From a virus (taxonomy: Duplodnaviria > Caudoviricetes), in the IMG/VR virus record IMGVR_UViG_3300033555_000001, positions 96,001 to 160,000 of that record: 64,000 bases of DNA, one strand, 5' to 3'. A model generated the notes under the pieces. That model was not told the origin of the DNA. It was given only the letters and a program-made list of their open reading frames with translations, and did no database searches. The translations under genes were made by a program, and so were the position numbers. This document shows positions 44,163 through 54,002 of the stretch, piece by piece; positions within the stretch are counted from its first letter, which is position 1; the number at the start of each line of letters is the position of its first letter.

Positions 44163-46171
44163 ATTACAACTTTACACGCAATTGCCGTGTTGAAAGTAAC
44201 TTCCAATGAGTTAGCAGTCAAGAACTTGATGCTTTGTGGAATGACAACTTCGTCAGTACCATCAACAACTGTTACGCTGCAGTACATCTGGCCAAGGCTG
44301 TGCGTTACGGTGTGTGTTGCTGCAGCGGTTGCGCCGTTGTACAAAAAGTACATTTTTCCAACGCGAGCATTAACAGCAGTAACACTGGCAGTAAGTACGC
44401 CTTCAGCAGCAGTAGCACGTGTAACTTCCGACGCAAGATCAGTACGCAGTACGCCTTCAGCAGCAGTAGCACGTGTAACTTCCGAAGAAATAGCTGCTGC
44501 GTTTGTTGCATCACCAGCAATACGAGCTGCAACTTCATTTGCAATATCAACTGCAAGTACGCCTTCAGCAGCAGTAGCACGTGTAACTTCCGACGCAAGA
44601 TCAGTACGCAGTACGCCTTCAGCAGCAATAGCGCGCGCTTCTTCCGTGTTAACGTCTGCAATACGTGCGGCCGTTTCTGCGGTGTCAGCGGCAGCGCGAT
44701 CAGTTGCCTCTTGCATGATGGCAGCAGCATTTACGCCTTCAGCCGTTGTGGCACGGGTTGTTTCTGCAGAAATTGCGGCAGTGTTATCAGAAATTGCCGT
44801 TTGAGTAGCTGCAGAGACAGCAATAGCATCAGCAGTTACTGTGATGGAACCATCAGCAGCAACAACATTAACAACATTACCAGTCTGCGTTAAACCATTA
44901 CCAGCAGTGACTGATCCAGCGCCGTTAAACTGAACAAAAGATACTGCAGTAGTACCAACAGTAACAACTTCCGCCGTTTGTGTAAAGCCCAGATCGGCGT
45001 TAACAGCACCTTCACGAACATAAACGCTGGCTGCATTAAACTCTGCGGCCAAGTCCATGTCTACTGAACGAGTCAGCGCGGCGCCTGTGCCATTGAAAAC
45101 ATAGATACCGTTTTCTGACAATATAGCTTGGGACCTAACCAACACGCGATCACCAGTAACAAGGGTTACACCGTCGTAGCCAGCAGCCGCAATAGCAAGA
45201 TCTATGTTACCAACTGTTGCTACGCGAACTGGATTTTTCCAGGAGAGACCCTGAACACGTGCGTTAAAGTCGGCTTCAATCGCTGTTTCGCGTGAAGTTG
45301 CGCGCGAGATCTCAGTTGCCAGGTTGCTAGCAATTAGCGCTTCAGCAGCAGTTGCACGTGTAACTTCAGCGTCGGTTGCAGCAGTTTGAGCAGTATCAGC
45401 GGCGGTTGAACGTGTAACTTCCGAAGCAAGATCAGTACGCAGTACGCCTTCAGCAGCACGAGCAGTACTTGCTTCAGCAGTAATAGCTGTTTGTAGTACC
45501 GTGTCAGCAGCAATACGATCTGCAACTTCAGTAGTAACACGACCATTGACCGTTGTTTCTGCCAGTGTAGCACGTGCAATTTCGCTAGCAATGTCAGCAG
45601 TAAGTACGCCTTCAGCAGCAGTTGCGCGGGTGATTTCAGAAGCTAGGTTACCGGCAATAACGCCTTCGGCGCCAGTTGCGCGAGTTGTTTCTGCAGAAAT
45701 TGCGGTAGCATTTGTTGCATCACCAGCAATACGAGCTGCAACTTCAGTAACAATCCGACCGTCTAACAGGGAATCGGCTGCAAGACGTGCTGCAACTTCA
45801 TCTGAGGTAGCAAGAACAGCTGCTGCAATCAGAGCTTGAATTTTTTCAAACAGATTTACTACTGATGTTGCGGTTGCCAGGTTACCAGTATAGGCGCCCG
45901 GAGCAAATGTACCATTTGAGTTCAGGCCAACAGCAGCTTCGATAGCATCAACTTCTGCCAACAGCGCAGTAGCGTCACCACCAGTAGCAAGTGGGATCCA
46001 GCTATCAGCAATACCGACATAGATAATGCCAGAACCGGTGACAAACAAGAGACGGCCGACGTTGCCAATTAGGCTGTTATGAACTGGTAGTACGCTTACT
46101 TTTTCAAGGCGAAGGTTTTGAATCTCTGACGCGCTTGAGCCGTCAAATACTAATGAGCCATTAATTTTCAT
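44141..46171 (-). CDS. Coiled-coil fibre/whisker-like protein with 18-aa repeats
   Basis: Repeats RATAAEGVLRTDLASEVT; central WK.PVRVAT..GDRVLV..Q..ENGIY domain; C-terminal HSLG domain. Confidence 0.85.
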   Translation of the reverse strand: MKINGSLVFDGSSASEIQNLRLEKVSVLPVHNSLIGNVGRLLFVTGSGIIYVGIADSWIPLATGGDATALLAEVDAIEAAVGLNSNGTFAPGAYTGNLATATSVVNLFEKIQALIAAAVLATSDEVAARLAADSLLDGRIVTEVAARIAGDATNATAISAETTRATGAEGVIAGNLASEITRATAAEGVLTADIASEIARATLAETTVNGRVTTEVADRIAADTVLQTAITAEASTARAAEGVLRTDLASEVTRSTAADTAQTAATDAEVTRATAAEALIASNLATEISRATSRETAIEADFNARVQGLSWKNPVRVATVGNIDLAIAAAGYDGVTLVTGDRVLVRSQAILSENGIYVFNGTGAALTRSVDMDLAAEFNAASVYVREGAVNADLGFTQTAEVVTVGTTAVSFVQFNGAGSVTAGNGLTQTGNVVNVVAADGSITVTADAIAVSAATQTAISDNTAAISAETTRATTAEGVNAAAIMQEATDRAAADTAETAARIADVNTEEARAIAAEGVLRTDLASEVTRATAAEGVLAVDIANEVAARIAGDATNAAAISSEVTRATAAEGVLRTDLASEVTRATAAEGVLTASVTAVNARVGKMYFLYNGATAAATHTVTHSLGQMYCSVTVVDGTDEVVIPQSIKFLTANSLEVTFNTAIACKVVIMGLAAV

Positions 46172-46207
46172 TTAGAAGTCCTCAGTGGGTGAAATTATAC
46201 GGGCGAA

Positions 46208-46435
46208 TTAAAGAATTCGCTTTGTTGCCGTGGTCAGTGCTTTGACCGCGTTGTTAAGTGCTACGGGCTCTACTAATGCCTGCCCAAGGTTAAACTCAGT
46301 GAGATACTCCGTGTCAACGTCTGCAAAGCAGAAGATTCCGCGTTTCCCATCTTTTTCAATTTTGTCTAGCTTAAACCCTTTTACTTTAAGAGCTGCCGCC
46401 AACACAATATCGCTTGTTTCGAGGTGTTGTTTCAT
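46208..46435 (-). CDS. Small protein (DUF5659-like)
   Basis: TSDIVLAAAL..KG motif; TAAATA at 46462. Confidence 0.6.
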   Translation of the reverse strand: MKQHLETSDIVLAAALKVKGFKLDKIEKDGKRGIFCFADVDTEYLTEFNLGQALVEPVALNNAVKALTTATKRIL

Positions 46436-46481
46436 GAGTACGCCGTTATTTGGTATCCAGGTATTTAGTATTATCTGGGTT

Positions 46482-47420
46482 TTAGAACAGCAAAACAATT
46501 GCACGGCCAACAGCCGCAGTGTTGAATTTAACTAGCACAGCGTTTTCATCAACAATTCTAATTTCATCAGGCAGCACCTGCACATCGTCTGCGTCGTAAA
46601 TGGTAACTGTTGGTCGCCGCGAGTTTTTGTTGTGATTAATTAACCACTCAACCGCGGCAACAGTTTGAATGTGCTCCCAAGTTTTGATTGAGCCATTAAG
46701 TTGCGCGTCTATTGAGACCAGCGCTTGCTCTACCGTGTCTCCGACAATTTTCTGGAATGGACCAGCTGCGCTAATTTGCGCAGCGCTGTGCTTAATTCCG
46801 GTTGAGCTTAAGTGCGCTGCAAGATCCGAAACGCTAACACCATTAATTAGGCCAAGCAAGCTAATGTCACCACCGACATTTAGCGATCTAATAAATGTAC
46901 CGCCTGCGCCATCGATGCTGAATACTGGCTGACCACCGGAAACTGATCTAATTATTACCAAATTAGACGTCATTGATACGCCGGCAAGTGGCTCAATAAC
47001 TAAAGCAGTACTGGCTGATCCTGGCGGATTAATAATCAGTTGATCTAGATTACTAATTGTGCCTTCAATAACGGTGCTTGATCCAAGCACTTCCAAATCA
47101 CCAGAGATGGTAACTTTTCCTGACGCTGCGTCAACACTAAAAAATTTATTGTTTAGCGCGTTAAGAACAAAGGGTTTATTTGTGCTGAGGTTAATTGCCC
47201 CAGTCTGTGAATTAGAGTACACCGCTTGCAGCGCAATCCCATTCCCTGTGCCGCCACCGTCGCTTGAAGTACCGTCGCTAAACATCAGCGATCGGCCGCC
47301 CACCGTGAATATTGGGCCTGTTACACCACCTATATTAGCAATGCCATGGTCAGGAACAAGACCTAGTTCACCAGACTCACTGTTAAGATAAATTAAATTG
47401 AAAGCGGGTTTTTTGCTCAT
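46482..47420 (-). CDS. Tail/collar structural protein with C-terminal W.I.HN domain
   Basis: Gly/beta-rich; HIQTVAAVEWLINHNKN. Confidence 0.75.
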   Translation of the reverse strand: MSKKPAFNLIYLNSESGELGLVPDHGIANIGGVTGPIFTVGGRSLMFSDGTSSDGGGTGNGIALQAVYSNSQTGAINLSTNKPFVLNALNNKFFSVDAASGKVTISGDLEVLGSSTVIEGTISNLDQLIINPPGSASTALVIEPLAGVSMTSNLVIIRSVSGGQPVFSIDGAGGTFIRSLNVGGDISLLGLINGVSVSDLAAHLSSTGIKHSAAQISAAGPFQKIVGDTVEQALVSIDAQLNGSIKTWEHIQTVAAVEWLINHNKNSRRPTVTIYDADDVQVLPDEIRIVDENAVLVKFNTAAVGRAIVLLF

Positions 47421-49063
47421 GGTTTTACCACAATCGTGACGCTTTGTGAATTATCGCCCGGAGTGTTGTCAACCTCTGGTGACACTGCAGTGCCTTCAAT
47501 CTGTATTGCTGAAGCGCTAGATGTTCCGACCGCATTTAATATCGCTGTGGCGCTCTGACCGCTGCCAAGAGGAATGCGCGGTAAGCTAACAACCGTAAGT
47601 ACTCCCTCTGTCAGAACAGTAGTACCAGCCGGAGAATTTGTTATTGTAACTGCAGTGCCATTATTTGAGCGCAGCTTGATTACTCGCTGCACCTCAGTAG
47701 CCGGAAGTAATCCGTCGTTTGTAGTTATTACTTGAAACGCGAACTGTGCACCGCCAATGATTTGTGTAGGCGCATTAAAGGAGAGACCCAGATTAACAGT
47801 TGCACCCTGCTGCGGGGCAGTAACGGTAATAATATTAGACTTTATTTCGTCATCAAAACCAAACTGATTAATGGCGCGTAGCCGCACAGTATAGATACCA
47901 GGTGTGGCAAAAGTCCACACGGGATTTGTGGCTGTTTCGTCAACAAAGCCGTCATTTGTAAAATCCCACTGCAGCGTTGTAGCATCAATTGATGTATTTG
48001 TAAAGCTCACGACCAGCGGAGCAACACCAGATAATACGCTTGCTGTAAACTGCGCTGTTGGGGCTTGCGTTGGCGGTATTTCTGGAACAGGCACATCCAG
48101 GGGATTAGACAGCACAACAACTTGTTTAATGTCCATCATAATAGCGTTGACATCATACACAAACCCTACTTGCTGTAACACGCCGGTTCTTGGCGGGCGC
48201 AGTGTTACTTGCCCTGTTGCACCACAAAATACCGGTCGATTGATTTCATCGTCGGTAAATGTCCAATCATCAGATCTGACAACTCCACGTGTAATGACTT
48301 GCTCAACTTCACCCTCGTACATGTCGGTCGTAATAATACCAGAAACTCTGGTTGTGTAATCTGTACTGCGCGCCAGGAATAATCTGCGACCTTTTCTTAA
48401 CTGCACCAGTGAGAACTGCGGCAGCTCCTCTGCCGCCTGGCCGCTCATGATTGGCTCTTCAAGACGCGTTGAAGTAGTGCCTAAATTAACTACGTTGAGC
48501 CAAGAGACCGTTGTAACAAAGGTGCCGTTGCTCTGTCTTAGAGGAGAACCTAAGCTGTCAAGAACAATATGACCGCCCTCAGTGTCTCCAACCAGCCCTG
48601 CCTCTGAGCCAACGCGTGCAGGATGAACCACGGCGTTAGATGTTACTGAACCCGCAAACACCCGCAGCTTCTCTACCCACTTAGTACCATTAAACACCCG
48701 CCCAATATTTTCAACCGTGTCAAACCAATACTGATCTGGTGCGGGTGCAGTTGGAGCTGATGAGGTGTATATAGGCGGGAGAAGTGTAATACTGCGGGTG
48801 AGCGTACCTGTCATAAGACTTAAGTCCCAGTACAGGTATTTTGTTCCCGGTCCAGAGAGCGGACCCCACGCACGGGGCACCGTTCTTAATTCTTCAACTA
48901 TGTAAGTGCTAGCGCGATGGGCAAAGGAGAGTATTGTTTGATCTGGCGAGACAATTAAATCAATAAATTGCCCGCCTGATGCAGTAGACCGCTGCAGAAA
49001 AATAGCATTTCCGCTAACGTCTGTTTGGTGTCTAACTATTCCTTGTCTAAAATTTAATTTCAC
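47417..49063 (-). CDS. Structural protein with PKD and Ig-like (DUF11-type) domains
   Basis: TAQFTASVLSGVAPLVVSFTNTS..WDF..DG..PGIYTVRL; DN..DNS. Confidence 0.75.
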   Translation of the reverse strand: MKLNFRQGIVRHQTDVSGNAIFLQRSTASGGQFIDLIVSPDQTILSFAHRASTYIVEELRTVPRAWGPLSGPGTKYLYWDLSLMTGTLTRSITLLPPIYTSSAPTAPAPDQYWFDTVENIGRVFNGTKWVEKLRVFAGSVTSNAVVHPARVGSEAGLVGDTEGGHIVLDSLGSPLRQSNGTFVTTVSWLNVVNLGTTSTRLEEPIMSGQAAEELPQFSLVQLRKGRRLFLARSTDYTTRVSGIITTDMYEGEVEQVITRGVVRSDDWTFTDDEINRPVFCGATGQVTLRPPRTGVLQQVGFVYDVNAIMMDIKQVVVLSNPLDVPVPEIPPTQAPTAQFTASVLSGVAPLVVSFTNTSIDATTLQWDFTNDGFVDETATNPVWTFATPGIYTVRLRAINQFGFDDEIKSNIITVTAPQQGATVNLGLSFNAPTQIIGGAQFAFQVITTNDGLLPATEVQRVIKLRSNNGTAVTITNSPAGTTVLTEGVLTVVSLPRIPLGSGQSATAILNAVGTSSASAIQIEGTAVSPEVDNTPGDNSQSVTIVVKP

Positions 49064-49110
49064 GTTTTGCCTTAACGGTGTGTCCCCTATTTAGGAACAA
49101 AAGCAGGTTA

Positions 49111-49755
49111 TCAGCTAACGGTGATTACCAAAGTATATACAACTGTAAGCTCACGGTTTCCAGTATGCTCAATTGGCGAAAAGATTAAATGTGACAGCAT
49201 GAGTTCGTCTGTCTCATTAAGCAAGTTTGTACCAACGCCAGCGGTAAAGAGACCCAGCTCATCAAAAAAGAACTGACCTTCTGTTGGAATGGCAGCGCCA
49301 ACTCCAACGCCGTCAAGTCCACCGCCCGAACCCGTGTCACTGTCTGCGCCGTCGGTAGGACGATTTGCAGCTTCGTCTGCTGAAATAACACAGGTAACAA
49401 TAACTCTGGTAGACGTGCTGTTTGGCACGTTAGTAAACGTTACGCTATTGCCGGCACCAACGCCAGAATCCGCATCATCAACAACTTCAAAGTACGTTGG
49501 GTTATACAAATCAGCAGCAACACCAGTTGTGTTAGGTGGTCTAAACACAATTTGCTGCGACGAATCAATATACGTACCTTGATTACCAAGCTTTAGCTTG
49601 AAAATTTCAAAGTTAGACGCGTTAGACAGGCCCCGAGCAATTGCTGTAGCCATGTTTCCAGGGTGAATAGCGTTCTTCTTATCAACAAGCACTGTACCGC
49701 TGCCGTCAGTAATTTTAACGTGGCCCTGAATAGATGTTTTGAATAGTTCCTTCAT
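49111..49755 (-). CDS. Baseplate/tail-tip structural protein
   Basis: DELGLF..LSHLIFSPIEH..Y motif typical of fibre-attachment/baseplate proteins; late promoter. Confidence 0.7.
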   Translation of the reverse strand: MKELFKTSIQGHVKITDGSGTVLVDKKNAIHPGNMATAIARGLSNASNFEIFKLKLGNQGTYIDSSQQIVFRPPNTTGVAADLYNPTYFEVVDDADSGVGAGNSVTFTNVPNSTSTRVIVTCVISADEAANRPTDGADSDTGSGGGLDGVGVGAAIPTEGQFFFDELGLFTAGVGTNLLNETDELMLSHLIFSPIEHTGNRELTVVYTLVITVS

Positions 49756-49796
49756 GTTTCTTTCCTAGAGAGGATTAGCAGTTCTATTTATCAGAA

Positions 49797-52700
49797 TTAC
49801 AGAACGATGAGTTTCAACTCTGTCTGCGCTATTAAACTCAACCTGAATAATCTTGAACTACCCCGTTCTACCACGGTAGCAAGCTCAGGTGCAGGATCCT
49901 CTGGACGCCACACGTAAAATACCGGTGTGGTTGATGGCTCCATTGAAAAAGAGAGTTCTATTACTCGCGCACCAGGTGCTGGTATTACAAAAGGCGTTTC
50001 AAATTCGCTGTACAGCGTTCCGGCCGGCGGCAAGCCCGCAGCAGGTAGCGGTGGCATTTCAGCAGAGTAAATTATTGCCGTGCTCTCGGCCTGGCCGTCC
50101 ATTGGTCCAGCATCAAGGCCATATTGATCTAAACCGTACGCAGTGTCCAGGGCAAATACTGACAGCGCTTCAGTTATGGCCGTTGAAGCCGTAACACCAG
50201 AATTTTCCTGCACTTCAAAACCAGCGCCAATTGCCGGAACACCAAAATTAGGAGTGATGTCGCCTGATGCTACAGCTGCGTTAAATGCTGCAATAAAATC
50301 GCCGAATGTCGTATCATCAAGCGCGTTGTTAATGAGGTACCCAGAAATAAGAGCAATAAGATCGTTTAATCTGCTAGACTCGACTGGGTCAAGTTCGGTG
50401 CGCGCAGAAAGAGCCTTGGCCTCTAAAAAATAATCAGTAAGCGGCAAGCCCGTATCATAGGCACCGTCTGCAACTTCTGCGTCGTACGGCGTGTTATCAT
50501 ACCCTGGTAAAAATCCAATAAATGGGCCGTCACTCACCGTTACATCGAGCGGCATATCATAGCTTGACTTTATTAGCAGCTCATTGAGCTCCGCAATCTG
50601 TACACCAGTAACCTCGCTAAAGAGCGCATCAGATTCTCCGCCATCACCCTTTAGTAAAAATGCAATACCCTCTTGCATGTTTACGATAACATGCTCGTTC
50701 ATACCAGAGCCAAATGTTACCAGTGTGGATTCAGCGTTGAGCGGCAAATACTTTGTGTGAAAGTCCAGGTCCCAATCAAATATTACAGGATCAGTAACCA
50801 AAGATCCAATTGTGCGTACTGTTCCTATGAGCTCACCAGTCACTGCTGCCCTGATCACTGCGTGCGTCGCCGGATCACTGAACTCAGCAATGGATAGCGC
50901 ACTATCTCTAAACTCGGTAGATGCCGGTATCCACCCCTGCAACACCGCCGTTTCAGGTGAGGTGTTAAAGAGGGGTACGCCAGATCGCGCAGTGTGATCT
51001 ACAAACCTGACATCAATAGTCTGCGGTGCCAGGGGCGCCAGCACTTCAGCGTGTGCCGCGTCTTTTGCTTTAATTGAGATTGAAATAGCATCAGTGGTGG
51101 TGCGCTCAAGGAGCACAAAATCCGCTGCAGTTGGGCTTCTGCCTGCAGTTGTTTTAATAATTGCAAGGTCGTGGCCCAGTGCCAATCGGTGTTCATCACC
51201 TGTAATCTGCAAAATAAAAGAGCTGCCAGCTACCGCAGTTGGTACTTCTAACAGCACATAATCGTCACTCAGCGAATTGGTTCCTCGAGCAACAAGGGCG
51301 CCATTACGGTACATGTTCCAGGCGCCATCAGCCAAAGATTTTATTACGTAAGTTAAATCAGGGGCATCTTGCCGCAACCTTTTAAGAGACACAAGTCCTG
51401 CAGGTAGTTGCCACTCGCCATCGCCAGGTACTTTTTGATTACTAATAAACAGTTCAGCGGTTGGAGCGGTAATTTTAAAACCAATTTTCCCGTTCCAGTA
51501 CCACTCGCCCACCGTTGCGGCAGGCTGCCACCCCGATACTGAACCATGAACTAAGTATGATGGCCGAGAATTAAGTGTTTCAAACGCAATACTGTCTGAT
51601 TGTTTTAAGCCGGTGCGACCTGGCCTGATTGTAAAGTGCAGCCCATGCTCGCGGTCTCGATAGCTAAAGCCAGCCTCTAATTGAACCAACCTAGGTGTGC
51701 TAAAAACAGGCGAACCGTTTAACGCGCCAGCAGTATAAAAACCCTGCAGCTCGTACGCAGTGTTACTTACCCATGTAAGTACCCACTTTGCCGGGGTGCT
51801 GTTGTGATATGCCGCCCCGTGCATTACCAAGCGTGGGATTCGTGCTGATCCAAGTGCTGCCGCTCCAATTTGCTCGGGTGGCGAATTGCGCACGGTCCAT
51901 GAAATAACATCACCGCCAAAAACACTCTCTTCAATAAATGCGGCAGAGGTGTCTTGGTACCGCGATGAGTTCAGCCGAGCAGCAATAAATGGTTTTGAGG
52001 CTTCAACAAGTTTAAATGACAGGCCAATCCCCGTGTTTGAATACGCATTACCAACTTGAATATTGTCAATCAACACCCACAGGAGCGTCTCAGTATCAAA
52101 GTACTCTAGCGCAAACGAACTGCTGTACCACAATAATAAATCTGCTGTAGTATCAGGATCATTTCCAGAATGAACGCCCTCAGCCGTGGTGGTATTCTCT
52201 GAATCATACACTGGCACGGCAGTTGAATCTGTGCCTGCTAAATTTACGCGATTTTCCGGTGATGTGCTCTGTAGTGGCAGTGGTCGATCAAAATCAGGCA
52301 GCGCTCTCAGTCTCCACTGGCGGCCGCTAACAACGTTTCCAGCAAGTACCAGGTTAAATGATTTAAGATCATAAGACGCAAAGCGCGTGTCAAATTTAAA
52401 ATCTAATGTTTTAAAGTAGTCTTCACCCGCTGAATTAGTAGCGTTGTAAACTAATTCACTTGCGTCGTAGCTGTCAAAATCATATCCATAAAATAAATCA
52501 AGATCATCAGCAACTGGTTCGTTGTTTTGAATCTCAATATCAAAGCGATCACCCGCTGTGAACTGGTAATCAGTTCCTGCTCTTATAGTAAATGCAAGTA
52601 CACCATCGTTAAACAGCGTATTAACTGTAGCCACACCCGCATATTCAAGATCACTGGTGGCGCTAATAATAAATTGCGTGCTGCTGATAGCTGTCAGTAC

Positions 52701-53912
52701 AACTGAACCAGTTTTAAATCCAGTGTCAAGAACCGTAATTTTATTTTTAGTACCACTGGTATCAGTCAAGTATCCGTATCTGGTACTTGTAAACAGTGGA
52801 CGTGAATAAGCAATTGGATTTACTTTTATCAGGCTCCACGCTTCAAGAGGGGCTGTTGGGTGCACCGCAATTTTACTGGATGGCGAGAGCGCAAGTACAT
52901 CTGTTGTGTTAAGCTGTTGATCAGCTCGTAGACTAAAGCTTAATTGAAAAGAATCAAACTCACCCGCATAGTAAGGTGCACCGTCAGTTGGCGTAACCTG
53001 AGCAATAGTTCCAGCGCCAATAATCCCAGTAACTTTACCACGCACTATAAATGTTGTGGCGGATGTGGCTTCAACACTCCACTCTTCGTATAGAGCGCGC
53101 GCAAAGTTAGCGCTAATATCAAAAATAGAGACACCACTGCGCAGTACATCAGGATAGGCAAGCGCTCCAGATTCCCGGCTAGCGGGCAGGTTTTCATTAG
53201 CCCGCTCGACAAAAACCGGCAGGTAATTTGGTTTATCCGACAGGCCCATTACTTTAACGGCGCCAGGGCCAGTAATCTGTACCTCAGAGAGCGACACCTG
53301 TGTAACTGGTCCCAAGAGCAACAGCGAATCCGCTTGAAAGCTTAACTGTACAGAAATTGGAAAAGTATCAGTAACCTCATAAGTCTCGGCAAATCTACCG
53401 GTAATAAGCGGCTGAGAGCTTATTGTTTGCTTAATCTGAAACACGAACGCACCGCGTGATTCAAAAAAGTCATGGCCTTCAAGCAGTGGCTCTGAGCGCG
53501 CCGCTTGCCCGGCTCGTTGAACAAACGCATCGCTAATTCCCCGACCCTGCGAGGAACGTGGGTCAAACGCAAATGGCACTAGTGGCAGGTCAGTGTTCTC
53601 GTCACGGAAAGCGCGAAATGATCCGCGATTTTCGGCTGGAGTTGAATTTTTAGTAAACGTGCTAAAGCTTGGACTTACTAATCTGTGCAGTGGAACAGTT
53701 GGTGCAAAGCCCGTTGGGCCACCTGAAAAATAACTAGTAGGCCAAGCACCCTTTGCAAGCACTGAACTAAACATACGCTCACCAAAATTTACGGACATAG
53801 TATCCGTAAAGCGATATTCTTCTACGATTTCTGATAATTTCGAATGATATGGCTTAGTGTCCAGGATAAACGCAACAAGGGCATTAACGTAAGTACTATT
53901 TTTATTTGCCAT
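49797..53912 (-). CDS. Large baseplate-type structural protein (1371 aa)
   Basis: GAGGG SD before ATG 53912; KPYHSKL N-terminal motif; repeated beta domains. Confidence 0.75.
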   Translation of the reverse strand: MANKNSTYVNALVAFILDTKPYHSKLSEIVEEYRFTDTMSVNFGERMFSSVLAKGAWPTSYFSGGPTGFAPTVPLHRLVSPSFSTFTKNSTPAENRGSFRAFRDENTDLPLVPFAFDPRSSQGRGISDAFVQRAGQAARSEPLLEGHDFFESRGAFVFQIKQTISSQPLITGRFAETYEVTDTFPISVQLSFQADSLLLLGPVTQVSLSEVQITGPGAVKVMGLSDKPNYLPVFVERANENLPASRESGALAYPDVLRSGVSIFDISANFARALYEEWSVEATSATTFIVRGKVTGIIGAGTIAQVTPTDGAPYYAGEFDSFQLSFSLRADQQLNTTDVLALSPSSKIAVHPTAPLEAWSLIKVNPIAYSRPLFTSTRYGYLTDTSGTKNKITVLDTGFKTGSVVLTAISSTQFIISATSDLEYAGVATVNTLFNDGVLAFTIRAGTDYQFTAGDRFDIEIQNNEPVADDLDLFYGYDFDSYDASELVYNATNSAGEDYFKTLDFKFDTRFASYDLKSFNLVLAGNVVSGRQWRLRALPDFDRPLPLQSTSPENRVNLAGTDSTAVPVYDSENTTTAEGVHSGNDPDTTADLLLWYSSSFALEYFDTETLLWVLIDNIQVGNAYSNTGIGLSFKLVEASKPFIAARLNSSRYQDTSAAFIEESVFGGDVISWTVRNSPPEQIGAAALGSARIPRLVMHGAAYHNSTPAKWVLTWVSNTAYELQGFYTAGALNGSPVFSTPRLVQLEAGFSYRDREHGLHFTIRPGRTGLKQSDSIAFETLNSRPSYLVHGSVSGWQPAATVGEWYWNGKIGFKITAPTAELFISNQKVPGDGEWQLPAGLVSLKRLRQDAPDLTYVIKSLADGAWNMYRNGALVARGTNSLSDDYVLLEVPTAVAGSSFILQITGDEHRLALGHDLAIIKTTAGRSPTAADFVLLERTTTDAISISIKAKDAAHAEVLAPLAPQTIDVRFVDHTARSGVPLFNTSPETAVLQGWIPASTEFRDSALSIAEFSDPATHAVIRAAVTGELIGTVRTIGSLVTDPVIFDWDLDFHTKYLPLNAESTLVTFGSGMNEHVIVNMQEGIAFLLKGDGGESDALFSEVTGVQIAELNELLIKSSYDMPLDVTVSDGPFIGFLPGYDNTPYDAEVADGAYDTGLPLTDYFLEAKALSARTELDPVESSRLNDLIALISGYLINNALDDTTFGDFIAAFNAAVASGDITPNFGVPAIGAGFEVQENSGVTASTAITEALSVFALDTAYGLDQYGLDAGPMDGQAESTAIIYSAEMPPLPAAGLPPAGTLYSEFETPFVIPAPGARVIELSFSMEPSTTPVFYVWRPEDPAPELATVVERGSSRLFRLSLIAQTELKLIVL

Positions 53913-54002
53913 GTTGCCCTCGCGCAACGCAAGCGCTGACACGCGCCGCTTTGCTGTTTCTGCTTAGCGCAGTATAAAAATAAACCTTGTTTTCAGTCAT
54001 GG

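Noticed and set aside
44390-44640. Regular DNA repeats resembling a CRISPR array
   Set aside because: In-frame coding repeats of the fibre coiled coil; no unique spacers or cas genes
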